Below the pieces are notes generated by a model. It was not told the origin of the DNA, did no database searches, and saw only the letters and a program-made list of their open reading frames with translations. The position numbers were made by a program, and so were the translations under genes. Source: Heptranchias perlo (lineage: Eukaryota). From it: a DNA stretch of 64,000 nt. Location: positions 35,650,001-35,714,000 of the forward strand of contig NC_090326.1 of NCBI RefSeq assembly GCF_035084215.1, read 5' to 3'. The first letter of the stretch is position 1. The number at the start of each line of letters is the position of its first letter. Positions 25,790 to 36,791 of the stretch are shown here, one piece after another.

Positions 25790-28700
25790 TGGTTTAAACT
25801 AAAAAAAGGGGGTGAGGGTTCATGTAAGGGTAAATTTATAAATCTAAAGAGAAAAGTCAAGCACGTAGAGCAGTGCAGCGATTTGGGTAAAGATAAGCAG
25901 AATGTGTCAGGATGGTACAGAAAATTTAACAGTAATAGTGCAACAGTGAATAAGGTCAAATCAGGGAAAATTCGTAAAAAGTTAAAATTAAAGGCGCTTT
26001 ATCTCAAATGTACGAAGTATTCATAACAAGACAGATGAATTAATGGCACAAAGAGATAAATGGGTTTGATCTAGTAGTCATTACTGAGATGTGGTTGGAA
26101 GGTGACCAAGGTTGGGAACTATATATTCCAGGGTAGTTGACTTCTTGAAAAGAAAGACAAAATGGAAAAGGAGCGGGTGTAGTCCTGATAATAAAGGATG
26201 ACATAAAGACAGTAGTGAGAAAGTATCTTGGCTCAGCAGATCGGGGAATAGAATCAGCATGGGTGGAAATAAGAAATATCGAGGGGCAGAAAACATTGGT
26301 GGGAGTAGTGTATAGGCCCACTAACAGTGGTTATACTGTTGGACAGAGTATTATTTAAGAAATAAGAGGTGCTGGTAACAAAGGTAATGCAATAATCATG
26401 GGGGACTTTAATCTTCATATAGCCTCGGCAAATCAAATTGGCAAAAGTAGTTTGGAGGAGGAGTTAATGGAATACATTCGAGACAGTTTCCTAGAACAAT
26501 AGGTTGTGGAACCAAACAGGGAACAGGCCATTTTAGATCTTGTCTTGTGTAATGAGACAGGGTTAATTAGTAAACTAATGGTAAGGGATCCTCTTGGGAA
26601 GAGTAATATAATATGATAGAATTTCATATCGAGTTTGAGAATGACGTACTTAAGTCCGAAATTAGAGTCTTAAACTTAAACAAAGCCAATTACATAGGTA
26701 TGAGGAGTGAATTGGCTACGGTTGATTGGGAAATTAGATTAAAAGATATGATGGTAGATAAGCAATAGTGAAATATTTCATAATTCTCAACAACTATACA
26801 TTCCATTGGGTAATAAAAACCCCATGGGAAAAGAGATACACAACTAAAGAAGTTAAGGATAGTATTAGATTAAAAGAAGAGGCTGATAATGTTGCCAAGT
26901 AGAGTAGTAAGCCTGAGGATTGGGAGAGTTTTAGAAACCAGCTAAGGATGACCAAAAAATTGATAAAGAGGGAGAAAATAGAATATGAGAGTAAACTGGC
27001 AAGAACTATAAAAACAGATTGTAAGAGCTTCTACAAGTATGTAAAAAGGAAAAGAGAAGCGAAAGTAAATGTTGGTCCCTTAGAGGCTAAGACAGGAGAA
27101 ATTATAATGGGGAATAAGGAAATGGCAGAGACGTTAAACAAATATTTTGTATCTCTCCTCAGAGTAGAAGACACAAAAAACTTACCAGAAATAGTGGGGA
27201 GCCAAGGATCTAATGAGAGTGAGGAACTTAAAGTAGTTAATATTAGTAAAGAAAAAGTACTGGAGAAATTAATGGGACTAAAAGCCGACAAATCCCCTGG
27301 ACCTAACGGCCTACATCCTAGGGTTCTAAAAGAGGTGGCTGCAGAGATAGTGAATGCATTGGTTGTGACCTTCCAAGATTCCCTAGATTCTGGAACGGTC
27401 CCAGTGGATTGGAAGGTAGCAAATTTAACACCGCTATTAAAGAAAGGAGGGAGAAAGAAAACAGGGAACTACAGGCCAGTTAGCCTGACATCAGTAGTCA
27501 GGAAAATGCTGGAATCTATTATTAAGGACGTGGTAATGGGACACTTCGAACATCATAGTATGATTAGGCAGAGTCAACATGGTTTTATGAACGGAAAATC
27601 GTGTTTGACAAATCTACTGGAGTTTTTTGAGGATGTAACTAACAAGATAGATAAAGGGGAACCAGTGGATGTAGTATATTTGGATTTTCAAAAGGCATTC
27701 GATAAGGTTGCCACACAAAACGTTGTTACACAAGATTAGGGCTCATGGGATTGGAGGCAATATATTAGCATGGATAGAGGATTGGTCAACAGACAGAAAA
27801 CAGAGAATAGGAATAAACGGGTCATTTTCGGGTTGGCAGGCTGTAACTAGTGGGGTGCCACAAGGATCAGTGCTTGGGCCTCAGCTATTTACAATCTATA
27901 TTAATGACTTAGATGACGAGTGTAATGTATCCAAGTTTGCTGATGATACAAAGCTAGGTGGGAAAGTAAGTTGTGAGGAGGACACAAAGAGTCTGCAAAG
28001 GGATATAGACAGGTTAAGTGAGTAGGCAAGAAGGTGGCAGATGGAGTATAATGTGGGGAAATGTAAGATTATTCACTTTGGAAAGAAGAATAGAAAAACA
28101 GAATATTTTTTAAATGGTGAGAAACTATTGAATGTTGGTGTTCAGAGGGATTTGGGTGTTCTTGTACATGAAACACAGAAAGTTAACATGCAGGTACAGC
28201 AAGCAGTTAGGAATGCAAATGGCGTGTTGGCCTTTATTACAAGGGGGTTGGAGTACAAGAGTAAGGAAGTCTTGCTGCAATTGTACAGGGCTTTGGTGAG
28301 ACCACAGCTGGAGTACTGTGTACAGTTTTAGTCTCCTTACCTAAGAAAGAATATACTTGCCCCAGGAAGCTGTGGAAGCTACATCATTAAATAAATTTAA
28401 AACAGAAATAGACAGTTTCCTAGAAGTAAAGGGAATTAGGGGTTACGGGGAGCGGGCAGGAAATTGCACATGAATTTAGATTTGAGGTTAGGATCAGATC
28501 AGCCATGATCTTATTGAATGGCGGAGCAGGCTCGAGGGGCCGATTGGCCTACTCCTGCTCCTATTTCTTATGTTCTTATGTTGCCTTAGAGGCGGTGCAA
28601 CGAAGATTCACTACATTGATTCCTGGGATGAGAGGGTTGTCCTATGAGGAGAGATTGAGTAGAATAGGCCTACACTCTCCGGAGTTTAGAAGAATGAGAA

Positions 28701-29080
28701 GTGATCTCATTGAAACATGTAAGATTCTGAGAGGGCTTGACAGGATAGATGCGGAGAGGCTGTTTCTCCTGGCTGGAGAGTTTACAACTAGGGGGCATAG
28801 TCTCAGGACAAGGGGTCAGACATTTATGATGAGATGAGGAGGAATTTCTTCACTCAGAGGGTTATGAATCTTTGGAATTCTCTACCCCAGAGGGCTGTGG
28901 ATGCTCAGTTGTTGAGTATATTCAAGACTGAGATCAGTAGATTTTTGGACTCAAAGGAATCAAGCAATATGTGGATCGGGTGGGAAAGTGGAGTTGAGGT
29001 CGAAGGTCAGCTATGATCTTACTGAATGGCGGAGCAGGCTCAAGGGGCCATATGGCCTACTCCTGATCCTATTTCTTATG
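25790..29080 (+). mobile_element. CR1 LINE (second subfamily), decayed ORF2 with nested CR1 3' fragment
   Basis: [30 protein letters not shown] and FADDTKLG; tail CCTATTTCTTATG. Confidence 0.93.
28362..28580 (+). mobile_element. CR1 3'-end fragment nested in CR1
   Basis: TSD TTGCC at 28357-28361 and 28581-28585; tail (TTCTTATG)2; host frame resumes ALEAVQRRFT. Confidence 0.85.
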
Positions 29081-29164
29081 ATAGAGTTGGAAGAGACACT
29101 TCAGAAACTCTTCCCAGAGTCACCTAGTTGCCAGAGCCAGCAATTACATCCTGACCATTGATAT

Positions 29165-30455
29165 AATCATAGAATTACACAGCACAGAAGGCGGCCATTT
29201 GGCCTATCGTGCCTGTGCCGTCTCTCTGAAAAAGCTACTAATTAGTCCCACTCCACTGCTCTTTCCCCATAGCTCTGCAAATGTTTCCTTTTTAAGTATA
29301 CATTCAATTCCCTTTTGAAAGTTACTATTGAATCTGCTTCCACCACCCTTTCAGGCAATGCATTCCAGATCATAACAACTCCCTGAGTAAAATAAATTCT
29401 CCTCATCTCCCCCCCTGGCTTTTTTGCCAATTATCTTAAATCTGTGTCCCCTGGTTACTGACCCTCCTGCCAGTGGAAACAATTTCTCTCTAGCTATACC
29501 ATCAAAACCCTTCATAATTTTGAACACCTCTATTAAATCTCCCCATAACCTTCTTTGCTCTAAGGAGCATAATCCCAACTTCTCAAGTCTCTCCACTTAA
29601 CTGAAATCCCTCATCCCTGGTACCATTCTTGTAAATCTCCTCTGAGCCCTCTTCAAAGCATTGACCTCCTTTTGTAAAATGTAGTGTCCAGATTTGGACA
29701 CAATATTCTAGCTGAGGTCTAACCAGTGATTTATAAAGGTCTACCATAACTTCCTTGCTTTTATACTCTGCGCCTCTATTTATAAAGCCAAGATCCCATA
29801 TGCCTTTTTAACAGCTTTATCAACTTGTCTTGCCATCTTCAAAGATTTGTGTACGTGAACCCCCAGGTCTCTCTGTTCCTGCACCCCCTTTAAAATTTTA
29901 CCATTTAGTTTATATTGCGCCTCGTCATTTTTCCTTCCAAAATGCATCACTACATATTTCTCTGCTTTAAATTTCATCTGCCATGTGTCTGCCCATGTGT
30001 CTATATCCTGCTGATGTCTGTTACTATCCTCCTCACTGTTCACTACATTTCCAAGCTGTGTGTCATCCGCAAGCTTTGAAATTTTGCCCCCCTACACCCA
30101 AGTCCAGGTCATTAATATCAAAAAGAGCAGTGGTCCAAATACCAACCCCTGGGCGACACACCACTGTACACTTCCCTCCAGTCTGAAAAGCAACCGTTTA
30201 CTTCTATTCTCTGCTTTCCGTCTCTCAGCCAGTTTTGTATCCACAGTGCCACTGGCCCTTTAATCCCATTGGTTTCAATTTTGCTAACAAGTCGATTATA
30301 TCGTACTTTATCAAACGCCTTTTGAAAGTCCATATACACATCAACTGCACTACCTTCATAACCCTTTCCATTATTTCATCGAAGAACTCTATCAAGTTTG
30401 TCAGACACGATTTGCCTTTAACAAATCCATGTTGGCTGTCATTTATTAACCCATA
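29165..30455 (-). mobile_element. CR1 LINE 3' part
   Basis: Minus-strand YMDFQKAFD, WQMKFKAEK and LCSLEQRRLWGDL; tail at 29165. Confidence 0.9.
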
Positions 30456-31329
30456 TTCTAATTTCAGTGAGTTGAAAAGGGATCTGGCTCAGGTGGATTG
30501 GAAACAAAGATTGGCAGGTAAAACAGTAAATGAACAATGGGAGGCCTTCAAAGAGGATATAGTTCAGGTACAAACTAGACACATTCATATGAGGGGGAAA
30601 GGAAGGGCATCCAAAGTTAGAGCTCCCTGGATGACTAATGAAATTGAGGTTAAAATGAAACAGAAAAAGGAGGCTTATGATAAATGTCAGGTTCATAATA
30701 CAGTAGAAAATCAAGCAGAATACAGAGTGCGCAGAGGAGAACTGAAAAAGGAAATAAAAGGGGAAAAGACTAGCAGATAACATAAAAGGGAACATAAAAG
30801 TATTTTATAAACATATAAATAGTAAAAGGATAATCAAAAGAAGGGTGGGGCCGATTAGGCACCAAAAAGGAGATCTTCTTGTGGAGGTCGCGGGCATGGC
30901 TGTGGTACTAAATGAATACTTTGCATCTGTCTTTACTAAAGAAGAGAATGCTGCCAATGTTATAGTAGCAATGTTACAGTAAAGGAGGAGGTGGTAGAGA
31001 AAATGGAGATAGGATAAAAATAGATAAAGAGGAGGTACTAAGACGGTTGGCAGTTCTCAAAGTAGAAACGTCACCTGGTCCGGATGGGATGCATCCTAGG
31101 TTGCTGAGGGAAGTATAGGGGTGGAAATAGCAGAGGCTCTGGCCACAATCTTCCAATTCTCCTTGGATGTGGGAGTGATGCCAAAGGACTGGAGGGCTGC
31201 AAATGTTACACCCTATTCAAAACAAGGGCGAGAGATAAACCAGATAACTACGGGCCAGTCAGCCTAACGTCGGTGGTGGGGAAACTTCTAGAGACAATAA
31301 TCCGAGACAAAATTAACTGTCACTTGGAA
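30456..31329 (+). mobile_element. Inverted 5' part of the same CR1 insertion
   Basis: Homologous to about 23350-24208 and stops at CACTTGGAA, essentially where the minus-strand part begins in the reference copy. Confidence 0.85.
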
Positions 31330-31472
31330 TCAGATCGGCTGCCTGTTTTACACCTGCCCAATTTTACTTTCCATTGAAGTTAATGGAAAGTAAAATCGGG
31401 CGGTGTGTGAAACGGTCAGCCGATCTGATCGTGTCAGCTTTCCACCAGGTGGGTTAGGTTAAAATTACCCCC
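31330..31472. mobile_element. Palindromic MITE missing its left terminus
   Basis: Hairpin CAGATCGGCTG...ATTTTACTTTCCATT-GAAGTT-AATGGAAAGTAAAAT...CAGCCGATCTG; right TIR TTAAAATTACCCC. Confidence 0.7.
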
Positions 31473-32499
31473 TTCTTTTTTGAGCTAATGTCACATGACC
31501 ATTTATTATGGCAGAGCCCTAGCACAACACCACCTACAGGCGTAACTGGAACTGCATCCAAATGTTGACACTTTTAAAAGGGATTTTCCCATAGACAGAG
31601 CCTGACATAGGAGTTTTCAATGCATTTTGAAATGGAATGTTGCAACCCACTCAGCATTTTTAATAAGTAATAGATATATTGGGAGCATTCTTCTGGTTCC
31701 CAGTTATAATATAAGGTATTTATTTGAACTCTCTACATTTATATTTTTTATATTTATTTTTCTGGAGTATCAATGACTGGTATTGGTATTATTTAATTTA
31801 GTTTTTGTTCTTATATTTATTTGGAGTCAGAAGGGGTAATTTTCTGACTGCACAATTCCACCAGGGAGCCTCACCCACTGGGAGTACATATTGGAAATTT
31901 AGGTGCACACTGTCCAAGGTTTTCTGACCAAATTCTGAGCCAGAAAATGTACACTTTGGTTCTTGAAATTGAATATCAGGTTAACAGTGCATTTTTATTT
32001 TTCCCTATGACTTGTATTGTGCTGTTTCTTTACATCAGTATGACACAGAGATAGAGAAGTGGCAGACTGACTTTTCTGGGGGTTTTTAAAGTTTCTTGCT
32101 AATTTTCCCTGCTACTCTGTTTGTTGAGGTATAGCTCCTTGAATGTACCTTACCCAAGTGGCTATTATTGATGTGTGAGCCCTGAGTCAGCAGGTTATTT
32201 GATGGTGGGGCAAAACAGCTAAGCTTGGTACATCCCTCGCCCAATGTTCTCCGCCACACACTTCCAGCAGGAGTTAGGGGTAGCAATCAAGGACAAAATT
32301 TCTCCCCATATTTCAGGGATGTTGAGGTCAGTTGGAGTGCCCGTATTGCTGTACTGGCAGAGATCAACTAACTCACGCAGACTGCAGATTGAATCTGAGA
32401 AATCAAATGTTATCTAGTTGTGGTTAAACATTGTATTTGTGAGTAGGCATAAGTGTTTGTGTCTGTATGTTAATGTATTTTCTTTTCATTTTGAATTAG

Positions 32500-33419
32500 G
32501 AATTGGGAAGAACGTCATCTGTGACAGAGCTGCAACTCCTCTGGATGCATTTAGGATGATGTCAGCAGCACATTATTATCCCAAACTCATGAGTATAATG
32601 GGTAATGTTCTCCGATTCCTCCCTGCTTTTGTTAAGATGAAGCAAATGATTCAAGAGGGCTACGTGGGGGAATTGTTGATCTGTGAGGTTCAGGTTCACG
32701 GTGGAAGTCTTCTGGGTAAGAAATACAACTGGAGCTGTGATGATCTGATGGGTGGTGGAGGGCTGCATTCAGTGGGAAGCTACATTATTGACCTTTTGAC
32801 TTTTCTGACCAGTCAAAAAGCTGTTAAAGTCCATGGCTTCCTGAAAACCTTTGTGAAGCAGACAGAGCATATCAGAGGGATCCGTCAGATCACCAGTGAT
32901 GACTTCTGCACCTTTCAGATGGTTTTAGAAGGTGGTGTGTGCTGTACTGTGACTTTGAATTTCAATGTCCCTGGGGATTTTAAACAGGAAATCATTGTGG
33001 TGGGGTCCACTGGTCGATTGATGGTAAGTGGTAGCGACTTGTATGGACAAAGAAATAGCGCAACTCAAAAGGAATTGATTTTAGAAGACTCAACTCCTGT
33101 AAGTAATGCATTGCTCCCAGAAAAAGCTTTCAGGGATATCCCATCCCCATTCCTCAGGGGTACTATCATGATGGTTCAAGCCATTCGGCAAGCATTCCAA
33201 GACCAAGAAGATCGACGGACCTGGGATGGGAGACCACTAACTATGGCAGCAACGTTTGAGGATTGCTTGTATGCACTGTGTGTAGTGGACACCATTAAAA
33301 AATCAAATGAGACTGGTGAATGGCAGAACATTGTGATTATGACAGAAGAGCCAGAGATTAGTCCTGCATATTTGATCAGTGAGGCTATGCGTCGCAGTAG
33401 AATGTCCCTATTATACTAA
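32500..33419 (+). CDS. GFOD1: Glucose-fructose oxidoreductase domain-containing protein 1, terminal coding exon (5' exon lies outside the window)
   Basis: Polypyrimidine tract and TTAG acceptor at 32499, phase 1. (G)[19 protein letters not shown]...[20 protein letters not shown]...[17 protein letters not shown] matches vertebrate GFOD1 exon 2. No internal stops. Confidence 0.96.
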
Positions 33420-33766
33420 CTGCTTTTAACAACTTCTCGTAACAAGTAGATTCAGGCCACTTTGTAAAGGGAATTAACATCTTTGGATGAGCAGCTATGC
33501 TGATGCTATACTTCTAGGACTTCCTGGTTTAAATAAATATTGACACATCTACAGAATTTATTTGCAACATACCAAGTAAGATTAAAATGAAGTGTTTGGC
33601 AACAAAAATATTATTAAAGCAAACAAGTGTTAATAACTATTGAGGACCATCCCAGTTGGTGGTTATTGTAAGCTTTTGAAAAGGCAAAGTTTTTCATTAC
33701 TGTGTGACATATTAACTTCCCAGTAATTCAAGTGACTTGTGTTGGAGTTCACCTTGTTTGGAAAAG

Positions 33767-33973
33767 GGTAAATTTTACAATTTATCACTCCAAGCACAGA
33801 ACTTTGCAGAACTGGAGCACATATCAGTGCATGCAGAGGTCTGTTAGTTTTAGAGGACAGAAAATCATGTGGGCCATGAGTCAGATGTGCTAACTTCTAT
33901 GCATGAATTCCCGGTGTGCGCTGCCATTGCACAAAGCTCTGTGCCAGGAGCACTAAATCATAAAATTTACACC
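33767..33973. mobile_element. Small degraded MITE
   Basis: GGGTAAATTTTA and TAAAATTTACACC termini; internal GCACAGAACTTTGCA / TGCACAAAGCTCTGTGC inverted pair. Confidence 0.5.
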
Positions 33974-34334
33974 TGACACCCAGAAGTAAATTTTAATAGA
34001 AAATCTTAAAATTTTGCAGCTAGTAGGCTCCAGTCTGTTTTAACAGATTCCTATGCAAAATGTTTGTAATCTTAATTGCTTTCTCAGTGGAGTGACAAAA
34101 AAAAAATCCTTGTAACCTGGAGCATGTAGATTTCCTGGTGCTTGGCTGGAGAACACCATTGGTGAACACTTGAGAGTAGGTTACCCGGTCACCTTTTCAT
34201 CAGGTGCGTGTTATGTGGAGACCTAAAGATGAAAAGGATAAAGTAGAGAATTAAAAATTGTAAACTGCTGTTAGAATTTTTTTTAAAAATCTGTTTAAAT
34301 AATGTATGGTATGTTTTATAATCATGTACTGAAA

Positions 34335-34733
34335 GAGTATGATAGTGTAGTGGTTATGTTACTGAAATAATAATCTAGAGAACATGAGCTCAAATCCTGC
34401 CATAGCAGTTTGAGAATTTGAATTCAGTTTTTTAAAAAGTCTTAAAATATTAAGAAGAGCTGAAATCAATGACCATGAAGCTGTCGGATTGTCATAAAAA
34501 CCCAACTGGTTCACAAATATCCATTAGAGAAGGAAATATGGACAATATGTGACTCCAGTCCCACACCGATGTGATTAACTCTTAACTGCCCTTTGAAGTG
34601 GCCCAGCATGCCACTCAGTTGTGGCAACCAGAGGTTTAAGAAGAGGACCCAGCACCTTCTCAGGGCAACTAGGGATAGGCAATAAATGCCAGCCTTGCCA
34701 GCGACACCCACATCCCAAGAATGAATTAAAAAA
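34335..34733 (+). mobile_element. SINE made of the 5' ~330 bp and 3' ~110 bp of the LINE at 145-3410
   Basis: Colinear with 145-473 up to GCCACTCAGTTGT (34610-34622), then switches to the LINE tail (compare 3300-3410). Confidence 0.85.
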
Positions 34734-36264
34734 CATGAAGGTGGGTGCTGATTTCCTCATTATATGTTGCATCATTTCATCAGCTGCAATGCAAGTATCA
34801 AGTAAGGCTGGGATTCGTAAACAAAAATAACAAGTAGGTAAGGCAGTGGTGCAAGGCTCATTGGTGCATGAGCTGTGCCATAAACTGGACACAGGTGAAC
34901 ATCCCATCCTTTGCTGATATTTGCGTCTAGGCTTCCCCAAATGACAAATTGTCAGTCTCAGTAGGGCTATTAGGCAAATCACTGTGCAGTGGAGAGGTAG
35001 CGAGTCAAAGTGAGTCAGCAAGCATGGGTTCCACCTCGGGTCAATACTCATCATCTCTTGCACAGCAGCAATGATGAAGGCTGTAGAAATGCTCACAAGT
35101 CACTTGACTATCCCCTCTATCAAAGTCTAGGGCATATAAAAAGAAGAAAAAATAATTCTCAAAATTAAAATCTGTAAAATAAATAAAAATTGTTGTGGTT
35201 ATTGAAGAACAAAACTTGTAACATCTAATCTACGTAAGCCTTACCAACAAAAGTATTTAGTGCTGTACACACAAAGAATGCTAATGCGAGAGTAGCTGTG
35301 ATCATTTTTATGGTAGAAGATATCTATTTCCCTTCTAATGGACATTTAAAAAAATCTGAAGCTTCAGCAATTTAAAGAAAGTGATGCTTGGAACACAAAC
35401 AGTGCACTTTAATTTGGGTTGACAAGATGGAGCTACTAGTATGCTAGAAAAGGTTCAATTCTCTCCTCCCCCACACACACTAGTGAGAATGCCCATTATG
35501 GCAGCTTTCTGCCAGGAAACTGAAGACACCATGCAATTCACCCCTTCACTCTCTGGCACTGAAGATGCTGCTGGCAATCATGAATATGTGTGAATAGGTG
35601 CCAGGAAACATTGGGCAGACTAACACTGAATTTTCCTCTACGAGTCCAAATACAGCAAATCTAATTTCTGAAAAAATGTTATATGCAACCTTGCTGCTGA
35701 GGAGGCAAAAATGGCAGTAAGTGAAATCTTTACCACTGTAAGGCAGGAGTCGGTAAAACACAAAACAATGCTTAATTCGATTTTTAAAAAATATATATTT
35801 TGAAATGCTTTGGACCACTAACTTGACCCCTGAAACATTCCTTATATAAACAAAAAGACTTAAAATGGCTGCAGAGGCAGATCCTGCCAAGTTGTAATAT
35901 TTATTCCAGTCAAAAGTAATGGCACTTTTTGCTCCAAGGTGAAAATGTTACTTTACATCCTGCAAATTGTGTGAAGTAAATTTCACCCATGTGTTAAAAT
36001 CACATCATCTTGAAAAAAGGCAGTTGTGGATTTTTTGAAGATGATTCAATCATTGGGAAATTCAGATTAATCTACTGAGAGGTTTCTCTGTAGTTACAGT
36101 GGCAATCTCTACAATTTTTCTGCTTTGCTGGACAAGATAAGATACAGAGGCACCATGATCTTTTCCCTGAAGCTTTGAACTTGTGGTAGCACAAAAATCT
36201 GCAAGTGACAACCATATTATTTTCACCCTCTTTTCAGCACTGGTGCATCCGGAAGGTACAAATA

Positions 36265-36369
36265 GGGGTAATTTTAACAATTTGCACTCCCAAACGAGCC
36301 CAAATTGCTAATATGTGCTCCCAGTGGGTAAAACTCCCAGTTGGGAGTATGAATTAGTAAAATTGCCCC
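36265..36369. mobile_element. Tiny MITE
   Basis: GGGGTAATTTTAACAATTTGCACTCCCAA mirrored by TTGGGAGTATGAATTAGTAAAATTGCCCC. Confidence 0.65.
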
Positions 36370-36576
36370 ATCATCTTAAAAAGAGTTAAAATTACCTACT
36401 TTGGCCACTCCGTACACCAAAGGCAAATGCAATCAAAGGCTAAAAGGAGCCAGAAAGAAGATAAGTACCCTTCTAAGTATTTATTTTGTTTGGATAGCAG
36501 CGTAGGGTATAATCTGATTTGCGTCCAGTAGTGGATTTTTAAGCAGTAAGCCCAACACTAACATCATGGAAGGGGA

Positions 36577-36791
36577 TGATGTGGAGATGCCGGTGATGGA
36601 CTGGGGTTGACAATTGTAAACAATTTTACAACACCAAGTTATAGTCCAGCAATTTTATTTTAAATTCACAAGCTTTCGGAGGCTTCCTCCTTCCTCAACG
36701 TTCACCTGAGGAAGGAGGAAGCCTCCGAAAGCTTGTGAATTTAAAACAAAATTGCTGGACTATAACTTGGTGTTGTAAAATTGTTTACAAT
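36577..36791 (-). mobile_element. Palindromic Penelope-type short insertion with hammerhead core
   Basis: TSD CATGGAAGGGGA at 36565-36576 and 36792-36803. 85-bp inverted arms (36613-36697 / 36707-36791) plus a 36-bp unpaired tail. Confidence 0.85.
36701..36739 (+). ncRNA. Minimal type I hammerhead ribozyme motif
   Basis: TTCAC-CTGAGGA-A-GGAGG-AAG-CCTCC-GAAA-GCTT-GTGAA: stem I, CUGANGA box, stem II, GAAA box, palindromic stem III. Confidence 0.7.

Noticed and set aside
30235-30780. 181-aa ORF
   Set aside because: Chance chimera spanning the CR1 inversion junction (antisense RT plus sense ORF2 piece).
32418-32499. N-terminal extension of the 333-aa ORF
   Set aside because: Intronic polypyrimidine tract upstream of the AG acceptor; GFOD1 similarity starts at 32500.
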